Source of the DNA: Nitrospirota bacterium
GTDB lineage: Bacteria; Nitrospirota; Thermodesulfovibrionia; Thermodesulfovibrionales; UBA9159
Reading direction: 5' to 3'
Assembly: GCA_963699545.1 (NCBI GenBank)
Contig: CAVOUE010000005.1
Coordinates: 288,001 to 352,000 of the forward strand
DNA length: 64,000 nucleotides
Shown one piece after another: positions 51,682 through 61,844 of this stretch. Both the position numbers and the translations under genes were made by a program. Position 1 is the first letter of the stretch. Each line of letters begins with the position of its first letter. The notes under the pieces were generated by a model that had not been told where the DNA came from, did not search any database, and worked only from the letters and a program-made list of their open reading frames with translations.

Positions 51682-52491
51682 TCAGACAGAATTCAGGAGG
51701 CCGAGGGCATTCTCCCGCAGGATGAGTTTTTCCCTTTCCGGGCCGAGGTCAAGTCCTTTAAGGAGCGCCAGGGTACCACCCTGGTCGGTCCATGGTGAAT
51801 CCGTGCCAAAGAGCACATGGTCCGGCGGATGGTTCAGGATGATCTTCCGTGCGACCTCTTTCCCAAGGTATTCGAGGGAAAAGGATATCTCCATATATAT
51901 CTTCTTCCCTGCGATGTGCTTCTCCACCTCATCCCAGTCGTCCCAGGCGCCGAGATGCGTCGTTACGAGCTTGATGTCAGGAAACCGCCGGAGAACCCGC
52001 ATGATCCTTACCGGGTCTGCCTTCCGGACCTTCTCAAAGGCAAAGTCAAAGCCGGTGTGCACCACCATGATAAGGTTCTCTCTGCATATCCTTTCGTAGA
52101 CAGGGAAGAGCCGTTCGTCGTCGACATTGAAGTCCTGGTAATAGGGATGGAACTTTATCCCCTTGAACCCCTCCCCCTTGATATGCGATACTTGTTCCGC
52201 TGCCTCAGGGTCGAGAGGGTGGAGGGAGGGAAGCGGTATGATCCGGTCTGTACCGATCGTCCGTGACCACCTGAGTATCGTATCGAACTGGGAAGGCTTT
52301 GTGGCTATTGAGCAGACGATGCTTTTCTCGATGCCGTTCTTGTCCATCGACCGGAGAAGAGAAGAGACCCTGCCGTCAAGGCTTGCCTGAATGCCCCCTT
52401 CTTCCGCCAGCATCTTCATCGCTCTTTCTGCCAGTTCATCAGGAAAGGCATGGGCATGGAAATCCACAATTCCTGTCATATCAGGTGACAT
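51682..52491 (-). CDS. Amidohydrolase family (Amidohydro_2) protein
   Basis: DFHAH, GIKFHP, HTG, HLG, FGTDSPW. Confidence 0.9.
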   Translation of the reverse strand: MSPDMTGIVDFHAHAFPDELAERAMKMLAEEGGIQASLDGRVSSLLRSMDKNGIEKSIVCSIATKPSQFDTILRWSRTIGTDRIIPLPSLHPLDPEAAEQVSHIKGEGFKGIKFHPYYQDFNVDDERLFPVYERICRENLIMVVHTGFDFAFEKVRKADPVRIMRVLRRFPDIKLVTTHLGAWDDWDEVEKHIAGKKIYMEISFSLEYLGKEVARKIILNHPPDHVLFGTDSPWTDQGGTLALLKGLDLGPEREKLILRENALGLLNSV

Positions 52492-52794
52492 ATTATAAAG
52501 GAATCATTCACGCGGAGTAAAAGGGTCGTCCCCGGAAGCAGCTCATTTGATCACCGGCAGGGCAAGAAAGACGAGTCATTATCATTACTTATCAACGTAT
52601 TAGCATATTTTATTTGAACTGCCCCTCACAGAAAGCTTATTATGTCGCTGATCGCTGAATTTCCAGACAAAACAGGCTCTTACACGACAACTACGGAGGT
52701 ATGTTTTCAGCGGCATCTATAGGGGCTAAACCGGGATTTCAGGACTTATAGAGATAACGTCCGATCAACAAATCTGAAAAGGGAGGTAGTAATT

Positions 52795-54165
52795 ATGAGA
52801 AAGCATTTGGTCAGAGTTCTTTTGCCGCTGGCAGCCAGCATCCTGTTCGCCTCTGTAGTCCATGCGGAAACCAAGTTCGACTACGGCGCAGACTTCAGGC
52901 TCAGGCAGGAGATCTGGGACGACGTGGTGACCCTCGGTGCAACCACATCAGGAAGCGGTGCTGACAGGAACTTCCTTCGCCTCAGGACACGACTTTGGGG
53001 GAAGGCAGACTTCAGTAATGATCTTGGCTCCTATTTGAGACTCACGAATGAAATGAAATGGTACGGATTTGGGCCATATAAGGCCTTCAAGACCAATCCC
53101 AACAACGATGACTTTGATCCCGATGAGCTCATCGTCGACAACTTTTATTTTGACGTGAAGAATCTCTTCGGCGCTGTTGACATCAGGATCGGGCGGCAGG
53201 ACTTCATCGGTTCCTATGGCGAGGGGTTCCTGATCATGGACGGCACACCAGGCGACGGCTCAAGGTCGTTCTACTTTAACGCCGCAAAGGTGAATGTGAA
53301 GGTGAGCCAGAACTTCAATTTCGATCTGACCTATATCACCGACCCGAGCACGGATATCTACATGCCTTCGATTCACCCGTCGGTCACAGGCGGGTCGTAT
53401 GTCGACAACAAGAAGCTGCTCAACGCTTCCAACGAACAGGCCTTTGTCCTCTATGGGAGGGGAAAGATCGACAACCTCGTCGTCGAACCGTACTATATTT
53501 ACAAAACGGAAAAGGCCTTTGCTGCAAATCCGAAGCTCAAATTGAATACCGTCGGTGCCAGAGCGGTCTACTCCTTTGATTCATGGAAAGTGGGCGGTGA
53601 ATTTGCCCACCAGTTCGGAGAATACTCGGGCGGCGTGGACAGGACCGGCAACGGCGGATATATCTTTGTGGGCCGGAAATATGAACAGACAACGTGGAAG
53701 CCTGAGTTCGACCTGAGATTTGTGTACCTCTCCGGCGATGACGCGGGCACCAGCAAGAACGAAACATGGAACCCGCTCTTTTCTAGGAACCCATACTGGA
53801 ATGAGCTCATCATTTATACCCTCATACCGGAAACAGGCAAGTTCGGCGGCGCCATCCCCGGCTACTGGACGAATATGGAGATACTCAAGGCAACTGCCAA
53901 GCTGAACTTCACGCCGGCCACGAACCTTGCCCTGGCGCTGCAGTACCTCTGGGCTCCGGAGAAGACGGTCGGCCTTGCCCCGGCGGCCATGTTCTCGAAC
54001 GACGGCACTGACCGTGGCTTTCTCCCCACGGCAATCTTGAGCCACAAGTTCACAAAGAACCTCGATGGTATGGTGCAGCTTGAATACTTTATGCCGGGAA
54101 ATTTCTATGCTGACAGCGCTCACAACGCTCTCTTCTTCAGGTGGCAGCTCAACTACAAGCTCTAA
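52795..54165 (+). CDS. Outer-membrane beta-barrel, alginate export (AlgE-like) family
   Basis: Signal peptide; FRLRQE, LRLRTR, GRQD, YLSGDD, aromatic-rich C-terminal strand. Confidence 0.7.
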   Translation: MRKHLVRVLLPLAASILFASVVHAETKFDYGADFRLRQEIWDDVVTLGATTSGSGADRNFLRLRTRLWGKADFSNDLGSYLRLTNEMKWYGFGPYKAFKTNPNNDDFDPDELIVDNFYFDVKNLFGAVDIRIGRQDFIGSYGEGFLIMDGTPGDGSRSFYFNAAKVNVKVSQNFNFDLTYITDPSTDIYMPSIHPSVTGGSYVDNKKLLNASNEQAFVLYGRGKIDNLVVEPYYIYKTEKAFAANPKLKLNTVGARAVYSFDSWKVGGEFAHQFGEYSGGVDRTGNGGYIFVGRKYEQTTWKPEFDLRFVYLSGDDAGTSKNETWNPLFSRNPYWNELIIYTLIPETGKFGGAIPGYWTNMEILKATAKLNFTPATNLALALQYLWAPEKTVGLAPAAMFSNDGTDRGFLPTAILSHKFTKNLDGMVQLEYFMPGNFYADSAHNALFFRWQLNYKL

Positions 54166-54189
54166 GATCTCATTCTTAAAGAAGTGTAA

Positions 54190-54222
54190 TAAAAACCCCT
54201 GCCGAACCGGCGGGGGTTTTTA
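54190..54222 (+). terminator. Intrinsic terminator
   Basis: AAAAACCCCTGCCG-loop-CGGCGGGGGTTTTT. Confidence 0.8.
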
Positions 54223-54261
54223 TTTATGGTAAGATAGAATCAAAACTTGAGGAGGATATTC

Positions 54262-54621
54262 ATGAAGCTACTCAGCGTCGTGACAGCCGCCTTTGCCGTA
54301 TCGGTCCTTCTTTCGTCTTCTTCCCTCTTTGCAAAAGATGCTCCCGTGGAACAATCAGGCGAGCAGTTATTTAAGGAGCATTGCTCCGCGTGCCATCCGA
54401 ACGGCGGGAATATCCTGAGTCCGCAAAAAACCCTGTCCAGGAAAGACCGCGAAGCGAACAACATTAAAACATCCGACGATATCATAAGGAAGATGAGGAA
54501 CCCGGGGCCCTCCCCCACCCATCCCCAGGAGTGGGCAGGCATGAAGATATTTGACCAGAAGACAGTATCAGATGGGGATGCCCGGAAGATCGCCGACTAC
54601 ATTCTTAAGACTTTTCAGTAA
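54262..54621 (+). CDS. Monoheme cytochrome c, c6-like
   Basis: Signal peptide; G..LF...CSACH..GGNI..P.KTL; distal Met in AGMKIF. Confidence 0.85.
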   Translation: MKLLSVVTAAFAVSVLLSSSSLFAKDAPVEQSGEQLFKEHCSACHPNGGNILSPQKTLSRKDREANNIKTSDDIIRKMRNPGPSPTHPQEWAGMKIFDQKTVSDGDARKIADYILKTFQ

Positions 54622-54648
54622 GATGGTCCTCTGAAGAAAGCGCAGAGA

Positions 54649-55629
54649 CTACCACCTGATCAGCGCGGAGGCCCAGGTGAGACCGCCGCCGAAGGCCTCC
54701 AGAAGCAGGTAATCGCCATTCCTGACCTTCCCGCCCTTCACCGCCTCATCGAGGGCAATGGGAATAGAAGCCGCTGACGTATTCCCGTATCTGTCGAGGT
54801 TGATCATCACTTTTTCCATGGGGAGACCCAGCCTCCTGGCCGTGGCCTGTATTATCCGGAGATTGGCCTGGTGGGGTATGAGGAGGGCGATGTCCGAGGC
54901 CTTCAGTTTGTTCTCCTTCAGGCTTTCCACCACAAGACTCTCCAGAGTCCTCACCGCCACCTTGAAGGTCTCGTTCCCCTTCATCTTGATAAAGTGAAGC
55001 CTTTTCTTCACTGTCTCCTTCGAAGCGGGATTCCTGGACCCGCCGCCGGGTGTGTGAAGCAGCTCCCACAAACTTCCGTCAGAATGGATCTTTGTCGAGA
55101 CGATGCCACGGTCTTCTTCCGTTGCCTCAAGCACAACAGCACCTGCGCCGTCCCCGAACAGAACACAGGTAGTCCTCTCTTCCCAGTCAGTGAACTTCGT
55201 GAGCACCTCGGCCCCCACTACAAGGATCCTCCGGTATGTCCCGCTCAGTATATAGGCATTGGCAACGGAAAGACCGAAGATGAAACCTGAGCATGCAGCA
55301 TTCACGTCAAAGGCGGCCGCCTTTTTCGCCTCCAGTTTATCCTGAAGGATACAGGCAGTTGCAGGCAACGGCATATCCCCCGAAACCGAGGCAACAATGA
55401 TGAGCTCTATATCCTTCGCCTTGAGGCCGGCGCTCTTCAGAGCCGCTCTTGATGCTCCAAACGCGAGATCTGACGCGGCCTGTTTTTCGGTAGAGATCCT
55501 CCGTTCCTTGATCCCTGTCCTCTCGATAATCCAATCGTCCGACGTGTCCACCATCTTTTCGAGGTCATGATTGCTGAGGATGGTCTCCGGCACGTATGAA
55601 CCTGTTCCGATTATCCTAGCCCTGAGCAC
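54649..55629 (-). CDS. fabH: Beta-ketoacyl-ACP synthase III
   Basis: AACSGF, FGDGAGA, HQAN.RI, GNTSAASIP, FGGGLTW. Confidence 0.95.
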   Translation of the reverse strand: MLRARIIGTGSYVPETILSNHDLEKMVDTSDDWIIERTGIKERRISTEKQAASDLAFGASRAALKSAGLKAKDIELIIVASVSGDMPLPATACILQDKLEAKKAAAFDVNAACSGFIFGLSVANAYILSGTYRRILVVGAEVLTKFTDWEERTTCVLFGDGAGAVVLEATEEDRGIVSTKIHSDGSLWELLHTPGGGSRNPASKETVKKRLHFIKMKGNETFKVAVRTLESLVVESLKENKLKASDIALLIPHQANLRIIQATARRLGLPMEKVMINLDRYGNTSAASIPIALDEAVKGGKVRNGDYLLLEAFGGGLTWASALIRW

Positions 55630-56626
55630 TCTTCCCTCCGCTCTTTATTCCCTCCCTGATGATCTCATGCACCTTCTTTCTCGAGAACTCCGCGGCAGCC
55701 TTTATCGCATTCCTGATGGCCTTCGCGGAAGACCTCCCGTGACTGATAATACAGGTTCCATTGATCCCGAGCAACGGCGCGCCCCCGTATTCGGCATAAT
55801 CTGTCTTCCTCCTGAAATTCCTGAGGGCAGGTTTCATCAGGAGATACCCTATACGACCGGTCGTTATGTCTGCGATCTCCCTCTTCAGCATCTTCAGGAT
55901 CACCTCGGCAAGACCCTCGCTTGTCTTAAGCACGATATTTCCGATGAAACCATCGCAAACCACCACATCGGCGTGCCCCGTGAAGATATCCTTGCCTTCG
56001 ATGTTCCCTATGAACCGTATCCCGCCATCTCTGAGCAGCTTGAACGCCTCTTTCGTGAGCACGTTGCCCTTGGTATCCTCTTCCCCGATGCTCAGGAGCG
56101 CGATCTTCGGCTGAGGATTGTTCAGCATGGTCTTGCAGTATGCATCACCCATGAGTGCGAACTGGAGGAGGTTCTCGGGACTGCAGTCCACATTGGCGCC
56201 TGCATCGATCAGCACAAAGGGGCCTTTGATGGTGGGCATCATGGTAGCAATAGCGGGTCGGTGGACGCCCTCGGAAGTGCCGAGCATGAAAAGGGCCATC
56301 GCCATAGCAACCCCTGAATGGCCTGCGCTCACCACGGCGTCGGCCTCACGGTTCTTTACCAGCTCGATCGCCCTTTTGATGGAAGAATCCTTCTTTTTTC
56401 TTATGGCGGCGACGGCAGGTTCATCCATCCCCACAACCTGCGACGCATGCCGGATATAAAGCCTGGTCGGCGGGTACCTCTTACCGGAAAGTTCCCTCTT
56501 TATCGAAGGTTCATCGCCCACAAGGGCGATTTCGATATCTTCACTTTCATTGACCGTCTCAACTGCGCCCTCGACAGTAACCGCAGGGGCAAAGTCACCC
56601 CCCATCGCATCAAGAGCAATTCTCAT
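55616..56626 (-). CDS. plsX: Phosphate acyltransferase PlsX
   Basis: IALDAMGGD.AP, D.GAN.D, GEE..KG, DGF.GN..LK..EG, HGRS. Confidence 0.96.
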   Translation of the reverse strand: MRIALDAMGGDFAPAVTVEGAVETVNESEDIEIALVGDEPSIKRELSGKRYPPTRLYIRHASQVVGMDEPAVAAIRKKKDSSIKRAIELVKNREADAVVSAGHSGVAMAMALFMLGTSEGVHRPAIATMMPTIKGPFVLIDAGANVDCSPENLLQFALMGDAYCKTMLNNPQPKIALLSIGEEDTKGNVLTKEAFKLLRDGGIRFIGNIEGKDIFTGHADVVVCDGFIGNIVLKTSEGLAEVILKMLKREIADITTGRIGYLLMKPALRNFRRKTDYAEYGGAPLLGINGTCIISHGRSSAKAIRNAIKAAAEFSRKKVHEIIREGIKSGGKSAQG

Positions 56627-56808
56627 CCCTTCTCGACTATTTCAAGAACCTTGCGTCCGTCATAAGAGCCGCAACTCAAACAGACCCTGTGGGACTCCTT
56701 CGTCTCTTTGCACTGAGGGCATACACTGAGATTCGGCATCTGGCCCTTCCAGTTCGCCCTTCTCTTGTCTCTCCTTGTCCTCGTATGTCTGTGCGTTGGA
56801 TTTGCCAC
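56623..56808 (-). CDS. rpmF: 50S ribosomal protein L32
   Basis: A.P...TR.RRDKRR, CPQC...HRVC..CG.Y; yceD-rpmF-plsX-fabH synteny. Confidence 0.95.
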   Translation of the reverse strand: MANPTHRHTRTRRDKRRANWKGQMPNLSVCPQCKETKESHRVCLSCGSYDGRKVLEIVEKG

Positions 56809-56811
56809 GTC

Positions 56812-57321
56812 TTACTCCTTTCTCTCCAGAAGTTTTTTCAATACTTCAAGCCTTGGATCCGGTTCCCTGTGCTCACAATTGCATGCCTTCGCGTTCAGAT
56901 CGGCACCGCATTTCGGGCATATGCCCTTGCATGCATCGCTGCAGAGGGGTTTCATCGGCACATTCAAGAGTATCTGCTCCATAACAAGATCATCCACGTC
57001 AAGTTCATCCCCCTGATAGAACCCCAGGTCAAGCTCGTCATCCTTGATCTCATGCCTTTCATCACCCTTGAGTTCCTCAGCCGGATGGTAGACCACATTG
57101 ACCATGACATCCATATCCTGAGGGAAACTCTTCAGGCATCTGCTGCACTGAAGCTCAACCCTGGTCTTTACCTCCCCTTTCGCAAGCACTTCCGCGCCGA
57201 ACTTGTCGACCCTGAGGGCTGCCCTGACAGGGGAGAGAAGGGACAATGACTCAGACCGGACGGTCTCTTCAAATTCCAGGTCAAGTCCCTCCTCGGTGAT
57301 GTCAGATACCAGTATCTTCAT
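56812..57321 (-). CDS. yceD: YceD/DUF177 family protein
   Basis: CSRCL, PMKPLC...CKG.C..CG.DLN...C.C, DPR. Confidence 0.9.
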   Translation of the reverse strand: MKILVSDITEEGLDLEFEETVRSESLSLLSPVRAALRVDKFGAEVLAKGEVKTRVELQCSRCLKSFPQDMDVMVNVVYHPAEELKGDERHEIKDDELDLGFYQGDELDVDDLVMEQILLNVPMKPLCSDACKGICPKCGADLNAKACNCEHREPDPRLEVLKKLLERKE

Positions 57322-57511
57322 TTTAAGAGACCATATTAAGCTGGGTATTATAACAAAATCCATCGCAGTCTTGTCAATCGATGAAGGAGCGAAAGCCGCG
57401 AAGGGCAAATATTTTTTTTGTGTTTCCACGGGAAACGGGGCAAGTCGGGAAAAGGGTTCGGCTGCCGCAAGAACAGACAATAAGGTTTCCTGATAGCTGC
57501 ATAATATTTCC

Positions 57512-57540
57512 TTGACATGCCCCATATGTTCTGATACCAT
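57512..57540 (+). promoter_or_regulatory. Sigma70-type promoter of hydrogenase operon
   Basis: TTGACA-17 bp-TACCAT with extended -10 TG. Confidence 0.6.
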
Positions 57541-57653
57541 TTGCCATATGGGAGGAGAGGGGGTTTTTCTTTCGGTACACAACGTTTTCCCGGCATAATA
57601 ACAAGATCCCCTCTTATGGTTTAAAAATCTTATTTAATGGAGGTGAGTCACCT

Positions 57654-58739
57654 ATGAGTAAGATCAAGGATGACACAGACAGTATCTGGACCAGTCTGGC
57701 GAAAAAGGGGGTAACCAGAAGGGACTTCGTCAAGTTCTGCACGGCCATGGCCGCCACCCTGGCCCTTCCCTCGAGCTTTGTCCCGAGGATCGTCGAAGCC
57801 CTCGAGAAGAAGCAGAAACCCTATGCGGTCTGGCTTGAGTTCCAGGATTGCTGCGGGGATTCCGAATCCATGCTTCGGGCAACGAAGCCGACCATCGCAG
57901 AGGTCGTTTTGGACGTCATCTCCCTTGAGTACCACGAGACCATCATGGCGGGTTCAGGAAAACAGGCGGAAAAGGCCCTCATGGACGTGGTCAAGAACCA
58001 GAAAGGCAAGTATATCGCCATCGTCGAGGGAGCGATCCCCATGAAGGACGGAGGGATTTACTGCACCATCGGCGGCAGATCCGCACTTGACATTGCCAAG
58101 GAAGTCTGCGGGAATGCGGCCATGACACTGGCCGTGGGATCATGCTCCAGCTGGGGAGGAATTGCCAGCGCAAAACCTAATCCCACAGGTGCGGTCGGAA
58201 TAGGGGCTGCGGTCCCCGGCATCACCTATGTGAACCTGCCCGGCTGCCCGATGAACGTCGAGAACGTGACTGCCACCGTGGTCCACTACCTCACGTTCGG
58301 CTCTCTGCCCGCCCTTGATGGCGAGCACCGTCCGCTTTTCGCCCATGGAAAGATCATTCATAATAATTGCGAGAGAAGGCCGCACTTTGATGCAGGCCAG
58401 TTTGTGAGGAAATGGGGCGACGAAGGGCACAGAAAAGGCTGGTGCCTCTATGAGATGGGCTGCAAGGGGCCCGAGGCGCACTTTAATTGCCCCACGATAC
58501 GGTGGAACGGAGGAACGAGTTGGCCTGTACAGGCAGGACATCCCTGCTTTGCATGTGCCAGCACCAACAACTGGGATGCCTTCGGACCTATTTACAGCAG
58601 GCTTGAGAACGTGCCGGGAGCCGGATATCAGACCACTGCCGACAAGATCGGGGCCACTGTTGCCGCAGTTGCAGCAGCCGGTGTGGCTGCGCATGCGGTG
58701 ATCCGTGCAGCAAAAGGGAAACCGGACAAAGAAGAGTAA
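57654..58739 (+). CDS. Group 1 [NiFe] hydrogenase small subunit
   Basis: Tat motif TRRDFVK; QDCCGDSES, G.C...GG, PGCP, H.NC.RR, CLY..GCKGP, GHPC..C; C-terminal TM anchor. Confidence 0.93.
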   Translation: MSKIKDDTDSIWTSLAKKGVTRRDFVKFCTAMAATLALPSSFVPRIVEALEKKQKPYAVWLEFQDCCGDSESMLRATKPTIAEVVLDVISLEYHETIMAGSGKQAEKALMDVVKNQKGKYIAIVEGAIPMKDGGIYCTIGGRSALDIAKEVCGNAAMTLAVGSCSSWGGIASAKPNPTGAVGIGAAVPGITYVNLPGCPMNVENVTATVVHYLTFGSLPALDGEHRPLFAHGKIIHNNCERRPHFDAGQFVRKWGDEGHRKGWCLYEMGCKGPEAHFNCPTIRWNGGTSWPVQAGHPCFACASTNNWDAFGPIYSRLENVPGAGYQTTADKIGATVAAVAAAGVAAHAVIRAAKGKPDKEE

Positions 58740-58768
58740 GAATAAAAACGATAGAAGGAGGCTAGAGC

Positions 58769-60478
58769 ATGGCAAAAATAGCGATTGATCCCATCACACG
58801 GATTGAAGGACACCTGAGGATCGAGGCACAGGTGGACGGCGGCAAGGTCACTGATGCATGGTCATCCGGCACCATGTGGCGAGGCATCGAGATCATTCTG
58901 AAAGGGAGGGATCCGAGGGAGTGCTGGGCGCTCACCTCGCGAATATGAGGGGTCTGAACAACGGTCCACGCACAGTGCTCCGTGAGAGCCGTGGAAAATG
59001 CCTTAGGGATTACGATAACCGATAACGCAAGGATCATCAGGAACATCATCAATGGTATTCAGTATGTTCAGGACCATGTAATACATTTCTATCACCTGCA
59101 CGCCCTTGACTGGGTCGATGTGGTCAGCGCCCTGAAGGCCGACCCCGCAAAGACAGCGGCCCTTGCCCAGTCCATTTCCGACTGGCCGAACTCTTCACCG
59201 ACTTACTTTAAGGCGGTCCACGGAAAGGTGAAGACGCTTGTAGAGAGCGGTCAGCTCGGCATCTTTGCCAGCGGATACTGGGGACATCCGGCATACAAGC
59301 TTCCGCCTGAGGCGAATCTCATGGCGGTTGCCCATTATCTGGAAGCCCTGGACTGGCAGCGTGATGTAATAAGGATGCAGGCGATGCTCGGCGCCAAGAA
59401 CCCCCACCCGCAGACGTGGCTGGTGGGTGGTATGGCCATCCCCATTGACCCCAATAGTCAGAATGCCATCAACGCAGGAAGCATCGCCCTCATGAAGGAC
59501 CTGGCGAAGAAGGCCCTTGCCTTTGTTGAGAAGGTCTATATCCCCGATCTCCTCGCGGTTGCGTCCTTCTATAAGGATTGGGCGGCGATCGGTGGCGGTG
59601 TGGGGAATTATCTCTCCTACGGCGAGTTCCAGAACGACAATGTGAGCAATACCACAAACGTCTGGCTTCCTGGTGGAGTCATCAGGAACAAGAACCTGGC
59701 CAAGGTCGAGCCCGTTGACCAGAAGCAGGTCACTGAAGACGTTGCACATGCCTGGTATAAATATGCGGACGGTGATGACAAGGCAAAGCATCCATGGGAC
59801 GGCGAGACCACCCCCAACTATACCGGTCCGAAACCGCCCTATGAATTCCTTGATACCAATAAAAAGTACACCTGGGTCAAGGGTATCCGGTACAACGGAA
59901 TGTCCACCGAGGTGGGGCCGCTTTCGAGGATGCTCATCGCGTACGCATCGGGACATAAGCGTGTCAAAGAAGTTGTCGGGCTTGTGCTCAGCAAATTGGG
60001 CGTCGGGCCCGCCGCATTGTTCTCTACCCTTGGCCGCACCGCTGCGAGGGGCATAGAGACCCTTGTGACCGCAGAGATGCTCCCGGTCTGGATCGATGAC
60101 CTGGCGGCCAAGATCAAGAGCGGAGATATTCGTATCCATAATAACGAGAAGTGGGACCCGTCCACCTGGCCGAAGGAGGCAAAAGGGTTCGGCTTCCACG
60201 AGGCACCCCGCGGTGCCCTTGGCCACTGGGTAGTGATAAAGGACGGTAAGGTCGCCAACTACCAGTGTGTCGTCCCGGGCGGGTGGAACTCTTCCCCCAG
60301 AGATGCAAAGGGTCAGAGGGGCCCGTACGAAGCAGCTCTTATGGACACCCCGATCAAGGACCCCAATAAGCCGCTGGAAGTCTTGAGGACGATCCATTCC
60401 TTCGACCCGTGCATGGCGTGTGCGATCCATGTAGTAGACACCAACATGGATGAGATCATAAAAGTCAGGGTGGTATAG
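58769..60478 (+). CDS. Group 1 [NiFe] hydrogenase large subunit with two in-frame TGA codons in the L1 motif
   Basis: [22 protein letters not shown]...RG.E..L.GRDPR...RI*GV*TTVH (TGA 58946 and 58955), in frame with the rest; [11 protein letters not shown]2 [10 protein letters not shown]. Confidence 0.9.
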
Positions 60479-60487
60479 GAGGCAGAC

Positions 60488-61130
60488 ATGTTAAAAAAGG
60501 TGTATGTCTGGGAGTTTCCTGTAAGGTTGACTCACTGGCTTAACTTCGTGACGATCCTGACGTTGGCAACCACCGGTTTTTACATCGGCGCTCCCTTTAT
60601 CCGGGCCATCAACGAGGACCAGTTGATCATGGCGCAATTCCGGTTCGTCCATTTCGTGGCTGCGTATGTCTTTGCGGTGAGCGTCCTGGTGAGGATCTAC
60701 TGGTGGTTTGCCGGTAACCGGTATTCACGCTGGAACCAGTTCTTGCCGGTGAGCTCTGAGCGGTGGGAGAGCTGTATCGAAACGACCAAGTTCTACTGTT
60801 TTGTCCGTCAGAAATTTCCTGACGTTGCGGGACATACCGGGATCGCGGGAATAACCTATTTCGTGATGTTCATGCTCTTCCTCACCGAGATCGTCACGGG
60901 GTTTGCGCTCTACTCACAGAGTCATGTGGGAAGCTTGTGGACGCGTGCTGGGAGGCTGGCTCTTTGTGATACTCAACCAGGGCGCGGTGCGGCTTATCCA
61001 CCACTGCATCATGTGGGTTATCGCTGTTTTCCTTATCCTCCATATCTACATCGGGTGGCACAATGACATGATAGAGAGGAACGGCCTTATGAGTTCGATC
61101 TTCAGCGGATACAAGTCTCTGAAGGAATAA
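60488..61130 (+). CDS. Ni/Fe hydrogenase cytochrome b subunit (frameshift near 60945)
   Basis: VYVWE.PVRL.HW, R.VHF, R..HH..MW, .HIY, SSIFSGYK. Confidence 0.88.
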
Positions 61131-61137
61131 AGGGATA

Positions 61138-61635
61138 TTGACTACTACCGTCTTAGGTCTGGGCAATATCCTGTTACGCGACGAGGGAGTCGGGGTCCAT
61201 GCGGTAAACGCCATCAAGGAACGCTATGCGTTTCCTCCCGATGTGGAGGTCATTGATGGCGGGACACTGGGCCTCGACCTCCTTCCTCTTATCGAAAAAA
61301 GGGACAGGCTCCTCTTTGTGGATGCGGTGGACTTCGGGAAGGAACCCGGCCACGTGGGTGTCATCGATGATGATGCCATCCCCTCTACCCTCATGGCAAA
61401 AATGTCGGTCCACCACATCGGTCTCTCCGACGTGCTCTTTGCCGCAAAACTCCTGGACATAAAACCGGTAAAAGTGCGCCTTATCGGCATTCAGCCGAAG
61501 TCCCTTGAGGTTGGCCTTGATATGACGGAGTGCATCAGTGGTAAAATGGAAGTGATCATCGGCTTGATCCTCGAAACGTTGAAGGAGTGGAACATAGAAT
61601 GTGCCTCGCGGTCCCTTCAGAAATTGTCCGCATAA
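61138..61635 (+). CDS. Hydrogenase maturation protease (HyaD/HybD family)
   Basis: GLGNILL.DEGVGV, IDGGT.G, VDAV, SVH. Confidence 0.92.
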   Translation: MTTTVLGLGNILLRDEGVGVHAVNAIKERYAFPPDVEVIDGGTLGLDLLPLIEKRDRLLFVDAVDFGKEPGHVGVIDDDAIPSTLMAKMSVHHIGLSDVLFAAKLLDIKPVKVRLIGIQPKSLEVGLDMTECISGKMEVIIGLILETLKEWNIECASRSLQKLSA

Positions 61636-61844
61636 CCGACCTCATGGCCACCATTGATGTGAACGGCGCGAGGAGGGATATCAGCCTCATGCTTCTCCCG
61701 GAAGAAGTTCAGGTGGGAGATTTCGTGATCGTTCACGCGGGCTTTGCCATTCAAAAGATCGACAGGGAGGCCGGCCATGAGGCCCTCCGGCTGATTAAAG
61801 AGCTGGTGGAATCCGAAGAGTTCAAGGCAGAATACATGGAGTGA
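61599..61844 (+). CDS. hypC: Hydrogenase chaperone HypC/HybG
   Basis: MCLAVP, GDFVIVHAGFAI. Confidence 0.93.
   Translation: MCLAVPSEIVRITDLMATIDVNGARRDISLMLLPEEVQVGDFVIVHAGFAIQKIDREAGHEALRLIKELVESEEFKAEYME

Noticed and set aside
59195-60430. Long antisense ORFs (e.g. 59195-60430, 24648-25634, 6864-7769, 43365-44285)
   Set aside because: Shadow frames of well-supported genes on the opposite strand
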